DNA of 64,000 nucleotides from Candidatus Rokuibacteriota bacterium. Its GTDB lineage: Bacteria > Methylomirabilota > Methylomirabilia > Rokubacteriales > DASRDR01. Below the pieces are notes generated by a model. It was not told the origin of the DNA. It searched no databases and worked only from the letters and a program-made list of their open reading frames with translations. Position 1 is the stretch's first letter; every line of letters begins with the position of its first letter. This document shows positions 59,782 through 64,000 of this stretch, piece by piece. Where the stretch lies: assembly GCA_044866005.1 (NCBI GenBank), contig JBIOTN010000067.1, forward strand, positions 15,068-79,067. Reading direction: 5' to 3'. A program made the translations under genes and the position numbers.

Positions 59782-61927
59782 TCAGTCGTGGAACGCCCGG
59801 TTGTTGCCGATGACGTCCAGGATCCGCTGGGCCGTGATTTCGTCCATGGGGTGATAGTCCCCGCCCATGGACACCGCCAGCTCTTCGGCGGGCGCGCAGA
59901 CGCGCCCGTCTGCCATCCGCCACCCCGGGCCCCCGGTTCCCAGCACGATGCTGCGGACCTTCTTGGCGCGGATGATCTGGCCGAGCAGGATGGCTTCGTG
60001 GCCGGGCCCGAGATTCCCCATCGCCACGTTGGCCCAGCCGTCGGTGATCAGGATCAGCACCGGGATGAGCTTCCGGTCCTTGCGGACCTCTTGCTGGATG
60101 AGCTCGTACGCGGTGAGGAGACCCCGGGACAGCGGGGTCGTGCCCCCGGTCGCCAGGGACTGGAAAGCGTTCTTGGCCAGCTCGATGCTGGACGTCGGCC
60201 GCAGGACGACGGCGGCCGACTCCTCCCGGAAGGTGACCAGGCCCACGCGGTCTCGCCGTTGGTAGGCGTCCACCAGCAGGGCGAGAATCGCCCCCCGAGT
60301 GGCGAGCAGGCGGCGCTGCGTCCCCATGGAGGCGCTGCAATCGACCACGAAGAGCAGCAGGTTCCCGACCGTGCGCTCCCGGACCTTGGCGTGCAGGTCC
60401 GAGGGCTCGACCCGGAGGGCCATCGCCTGCCGCTCTCGGTGCTGCTGCCGCGGCGCGGCCGCCCGGATCGTCGCGTCGAGCGCGATATCCCGGCCGAGGG
60501 CGCCGGCATGGCGGGCCCGAACGTAGCGGCCGCGGTTCGACGCCGTGCGGGCGGTGCTTCGCTTCCCGGACATCTCGCGGCGCTGCCGTTCCTTCCGCGG
60601 GCTCAGCAGACGGGGGTTGACGCCCTCGATCATCCGGTGGAGGAGGTCCTCGTCGAACTGGATCTGCCTCGCCGACGTCTCGCGGCTGTCCGGGCAGTCG
60701 TCCAGCCCGCAGTGACACACGCGCCCTGCACCCGCGCCGCCGCCCGGCCCGGCGGACCCGCCGGCCCCGCCGGATGCCTCCCCGGATCGCAGCTCCAGCC
60801 TCTCGCCGGCGGCGGACGGCGTGAGGGTGACGTCCCGACGCGCCCTCAGAGTGCCGGCGGTCGCGGGCGGCGAGGCCTCCGCGTCAAAGATGCCTCCCGT
60901 CCAGGAACTTCCCGGCCAGGCGATCCAGCGTCTTGGCGTCGAGGCTCGTCTCCTGGAAAGGCAGCCGCTTGAGGCGGTGTCGGAGGCTCAGCTCGATGAT
61001 GTCCCGGAAGTCGGCCGGCGCCGGCTCGCCCTGCCCTCGGAAGGCGGAGGCGGCCAGGCTGGCCTTGAGCATGGTGATCTCGGCCCGATGACCGTCCACC
61101 TTCATCTCTTCGGCCACCTCGGCGACGCGGCCCAGCAGGTCTTCCGAAGGGGTGAGGGTGGGAAGAAGCTCCCGGGCCCTCGCGATCTCGGACTGAAGAC
61201 GCTCCTGAGACGCCTGCCATTCCCCCCGGAACCGCTCGGTGTCGCTCTGAAAGGCGAGGGCCCGACTCGCGATCTCCTTGCGGTGCTCGCGGGACTGCTC
61301 GGTCTGGATCTCGACGCAGAGGCCGAACCGGTCCAGGAGCTGGGGTCTGAGCTCCCCCTCCTCGGGATTCATGGTTCCCACCAGGATGAACCGGCACGGA
61401 TGGGAATGGCTCACCCCTTCGCGCTCGACGAGGTTGATCCCCGTGACGGCGACGTCGAGGAGGAGGTCGACGATGTGATCGTCCAGCAGGTTCACCTCGT
61501 CGACATACAGGATCGCGCGGTTGGCCCGGGCCAGGATCCCGGGCTGGAAGGCCTTCTGGCCGCTCTTCAGCGCCGTCTCCAGATCGATGGACCCGACCAC
61601 TCGGTCTTCCGAGGCGTTCAGGGGGAGGTCCACGACCGGAGTGGACGCCTGGCAGAGCGGGAGCTCGTCTCCCCGCGCCACCTTTGCCTCACACTCCGCG
61701 CAGAGTCCCTCCTTCTGCCGCGGGTGGCAGGCGAACGGACAGCCCTCCACCACGAGGCGCGCCGGAAGGAGCTCCGCGATGCCCCGGACAGCGGTGGATT
61801 TGCCGGTGCCCTTCTGACCGCGGATCAGCACCCCGCCGATGGAGGGATCGATGGCGTTGTAGACGAGGGCCTTCTTCATCTTCTCCTGGCCGTAAATCGC
61901 GGAGAAGGGGAAGAGGGGTGGCTTCAC
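59782..61927 (-). CDS. ChlI/ChlD-like AAA+ ATPase (347 aa) joined to a vWA domain by a predicted +1 programmed frameshift (714-aa fusion)
   Basis: [24 protein letters not shown] and LLDRFG motifs; vWA DCSASM MIDAS, TTPL and ITDG; junction GGGAGG CAT CTT TGA C with the +1 frame open through a Gly-rich linker. Confidence 0.8.
60883..60898 (-). other. prfB-type +1 ribosomal frameshift cassette
   Basis: Minus strand reads GGGAGG-CAT-CTT-TGA-C: internal SD, 3-nt spacer, then CUU-UGA-C. Confidence 0.75.
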
Positions 61928-62473
61928 GGGTTCCTGGGCTCTCCCATCGCGAGGTGATCGGGAATGCCTGGATTCTAGCGGTTACCGGGGAACATCGTCA
62001 ACGGTCGGCAGGCGGAGGCGACGGGACGCGTGGCGCCGACGCCGGCCGCAGGCCGGCCTGCTCGGGCGCAGCTGCAGGGGCTTGACAAGGCCGGCCGGCG
62101 CGTGTTACTCGGGTCGCGGACCTCACCGGCCCTTGCGGGTTCGAGGCTTCCGAGGATCGCCCCATTTCTTCATGCGCCGTGCTGGTTGGAGAAGGCGCCG
62201 CTCGGTCCGGCCAGGACGGCCGTCCGGGCCGTTGGCTCGCCCGTGCTCGCGTGTGGTTCGGTCCCTCTTGGGTGCCCGGTTGACGGTATCAATGCGGGGT
62301 ACCCACTCGGCATCGAAGCAGCGGCGGCGCCCTCGCTCGGGCTGCCGCACGGCCCCGAAGGTGGTCATCCGCGTACGAGGAAACGGTACGAGCTCCCCAC
62401 GGGCGACGGTCGGGTCCGTTGGGAGCCTGACACCTTCGGAACGGTGGGGCGGCGACCCTAGAGGAGGGAGGAG

Positions 62474-63736
62474 ATGGCGGCAAACGTGACCGGAGAGACT
62501 CACATCAATCGGTGGTGGCGCGTCGTGGGCGGGCTCTCCATGAACCTCGCCCTCGGCTCGCTCTACGCGTGGAGCGTCTTCGTCGCGCCGCTCGAGAAGG
62601 ACTTCGGGTGGAAGCGGGCCGACACCTCCATGATCTTCACCATCGCAGTATTCGTGTTCGGGCTTGCGTTCATCCTCGCGGGGCGGCTCCAGGACAAGAA
62701 GGGACCGTTCTGGATCTCGGTCATCGGTGGCGTGCTGGTCAGCGTCGGGTTCTTCCTCAGCGCCTGGACCACGAGCCTCGCCTGGGTGTTCTTCTGGTTC
62801 GGCGCGATCGGTGGCATCGGCAACGGCTTCGGTTACGCGACGCCGATTCCGGTCATGGCCAAGTGGTTCCCCGATCGGCGAGGCCTCGCGGTCGGCCTCG
62901 CGGTCGCCGGCTATGGCGGCGGCTCGGCCATCTTCGGCCCGCTCGCCGGCAACTGGCTCATCCCAACCTACGGATGGCGGGCCACCTTCCAGGTCCTGGG
63001 GGTCATCTTCTTCGTCATGACGATAATCGGGGCCTTCCTGCTCAAGAACCCGCCGGTCGGCTACCGGCCGCCTGGCTGGGTGCCGGCCCCCGCGGCCAAG
63101 GCCGCGGCCACAACCTACGAGTTCAGCCCCGGCGAGGTGTTGAAGACGCCGACCTTCTACCTGATGTGGATCGCCTACTGCCTCGGCACCTCGGCGGGCC
63201 TCATGGTGATCAGCCAGCTCGTCCCGTTCGCGCGCAGCAGGGGCGTGCCGCTCGCGCTCGCCACCACAGCCATCTTCATCGGGGCTATCGGGAACGCCTC
63301 GGGCCGGATCTTCTCGGGCTGGATGTCCGACGCCATGGGGCGGCTGAACGTCCTGCGGCTGATGATCGCGGTCTCAGCCGTGGCCATGCCGATCCTGGCC
63401 CACACGGGCGGCGTTGCCGCTGTCCCCGTGTTCCTGTTCGTGATGGTGTTCATCGTCTACTACTGCTACGGCACCCAGCTCTCCGTGAATGCCTCGACGA
63501 CCTCGGACTTCTGGGGGACCAAGAACGCGGGCATCAACTACGGCCTGCTCTTCACGGCGTGGGGGGTGGCCGGCATCGTCGGTCCACGGATCGGCGGCCG
63601 GCTGTTCGATATCTACCAGAATTATCAGTACGCCTTTTACACGGCGGCGGTCCTGGCGGTGGTCGCGCTGGTCTGCGAGCTTCTGGCGCGGCGTCCCGCG
63701 GTGCCCGCGGGCGCGCCCGCGAAGGCGATGGCGTAG
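62474..63736 (+). CDS. OFA-family (OxlT-like) MFS transporter
   Basis: GSLYAWSVF, GRLQDKKGP, KWFPDRRGLA, GRIFSGWMSD and NYGLLF motifs. Confidence 0.9.
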   Translation: MAANVTGETHINRWWRVVGGLSMNLALGSLYAWSVFVAPLEKDFGWKRADTSMIFTIAVFVFGLAFILAGRLQDKKGPFWISVIGGVLVSVGFFLSAWTTSLAWVFFWFGAIGGIGNGFGYATPIPVMAKWFPDRRGLAVGLAVAGYGGGSAIFGPLAGNWLIPTYGWRATFQVLGVIFFVMTIIGAFLLKNPPVGYRPPGWVPAPAAKAAATTYEFSPGEVLKTPTFYLMWIAYCLGTSAGLMVISQLVPFARSRGVPLALATTAIFIGAIGNASGRIFSGWMSDAMGRLNVLRLMIAVSAVAMPILAHTGGVAAVPVFLFVMVFIVYYCYGTQLSVNASTTSDFWGTKNAGINYGLLFTAWGVAGIVGPRIGGRLFDIYQNYQYAFYTAAVLAVVALVCELLARRPAVPAGAPAKAMA

Positions 63737-64000
63737 CCCTTCGGTCAGGCGACGCGACGACCCCTGGCGCGCGCTGCCCTCCGTCCCGCCGTCGAGCTGC
63801 TCGGCGGGCGGAGGGCAGCCGCGTCAACCGGCTCTCGATCTCCAGACCCTCCGAGCTCTGTCGTTTCCGGAGAAGGCTTGCCGAACCTGCTGCACGAGTA
63901 GGGGGCCGTTGGAGTAATGCGAGTCGTACGGCATCTGATGCGATCCCTTCCGAGCGGCGGCTCCGCCGCCGCAACGAACGGGGGGGCCTCGGGGGGGTGT

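Noticed and set aside
60884..60886. TGA of the AAA ATPase as a Sec codon
   Set aside because: No Cys motif, and the vWA domain lies in the +1 frame rather than in frame, which fits frameshifting instead.
62080..62470. Riboswitch or FNR box in the long leader of the OFA transporter (TTGAC-GGT-ATCAA)
   Set aside because: The spacing is one base short of the FNR consensus, and no riboswitch consensus could be recognised by eye; an Rfam/Infernal scan would be needed.

Overview
High-GC bacterial window. The gene content would fit a Rokubacteria/Methylomirabilota-like organism, but this is inference only. Main blocks: a partial adenylate-cyclase/AAA/TPR gene, a DUF169-UroD fusion, pdxST and an acyl-CoA synthetase; a ~30 kb copper/heavy-metal and thiol-redox island (~10.4-41 kb) with two P1B-ATPases, two MerR regulators, a Csp-like protein, an ABC exporter, CcdA/TlpA/SCO proteins, a Tat multicopper oxidase and VKOR; a glycine-cleavage/glyA/U32 block lacking an intact gcvH; and a two-subunit CoA-transferase locus with small Cys proteins, a ChlI/ChlD-like AAA-vWA pair and an OFA-family MFS. 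The most striking hidden signal is translational recoding that the ORF track misses. (1) Six genes contain an in-frame TGA followed 17-22 nt later by a hairpin with a G-rich loop (SECIS-like). In five of them the TGA sits where a Cys is expected: OsmC-like, MerP/HMA CxxU, Trx-like UxxC, TlpA UxxC and DUF411 UxCC. The sixth is a secreted beta-propeller with a CxU arrangement. Five of the six lie inside the copper island, suggesting a selenoprotein-rich, largely exported copper/redox system. (2) An RF2(prfB)-type +1 frameshift cassette (GGGAGG-CAT-CTT-TGA-C) joins the AAA and vWA halves of a chlD-like gene. (3) A secreted RAPP-motif leader ORF, a candidate ribosome-arrest peptide, precedes the TlpA/CcdA/multicopper-oxidase operon. 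No Sec machinery genes, tRNAs, rRNAs or CRISPR arrays were recognised in the window.
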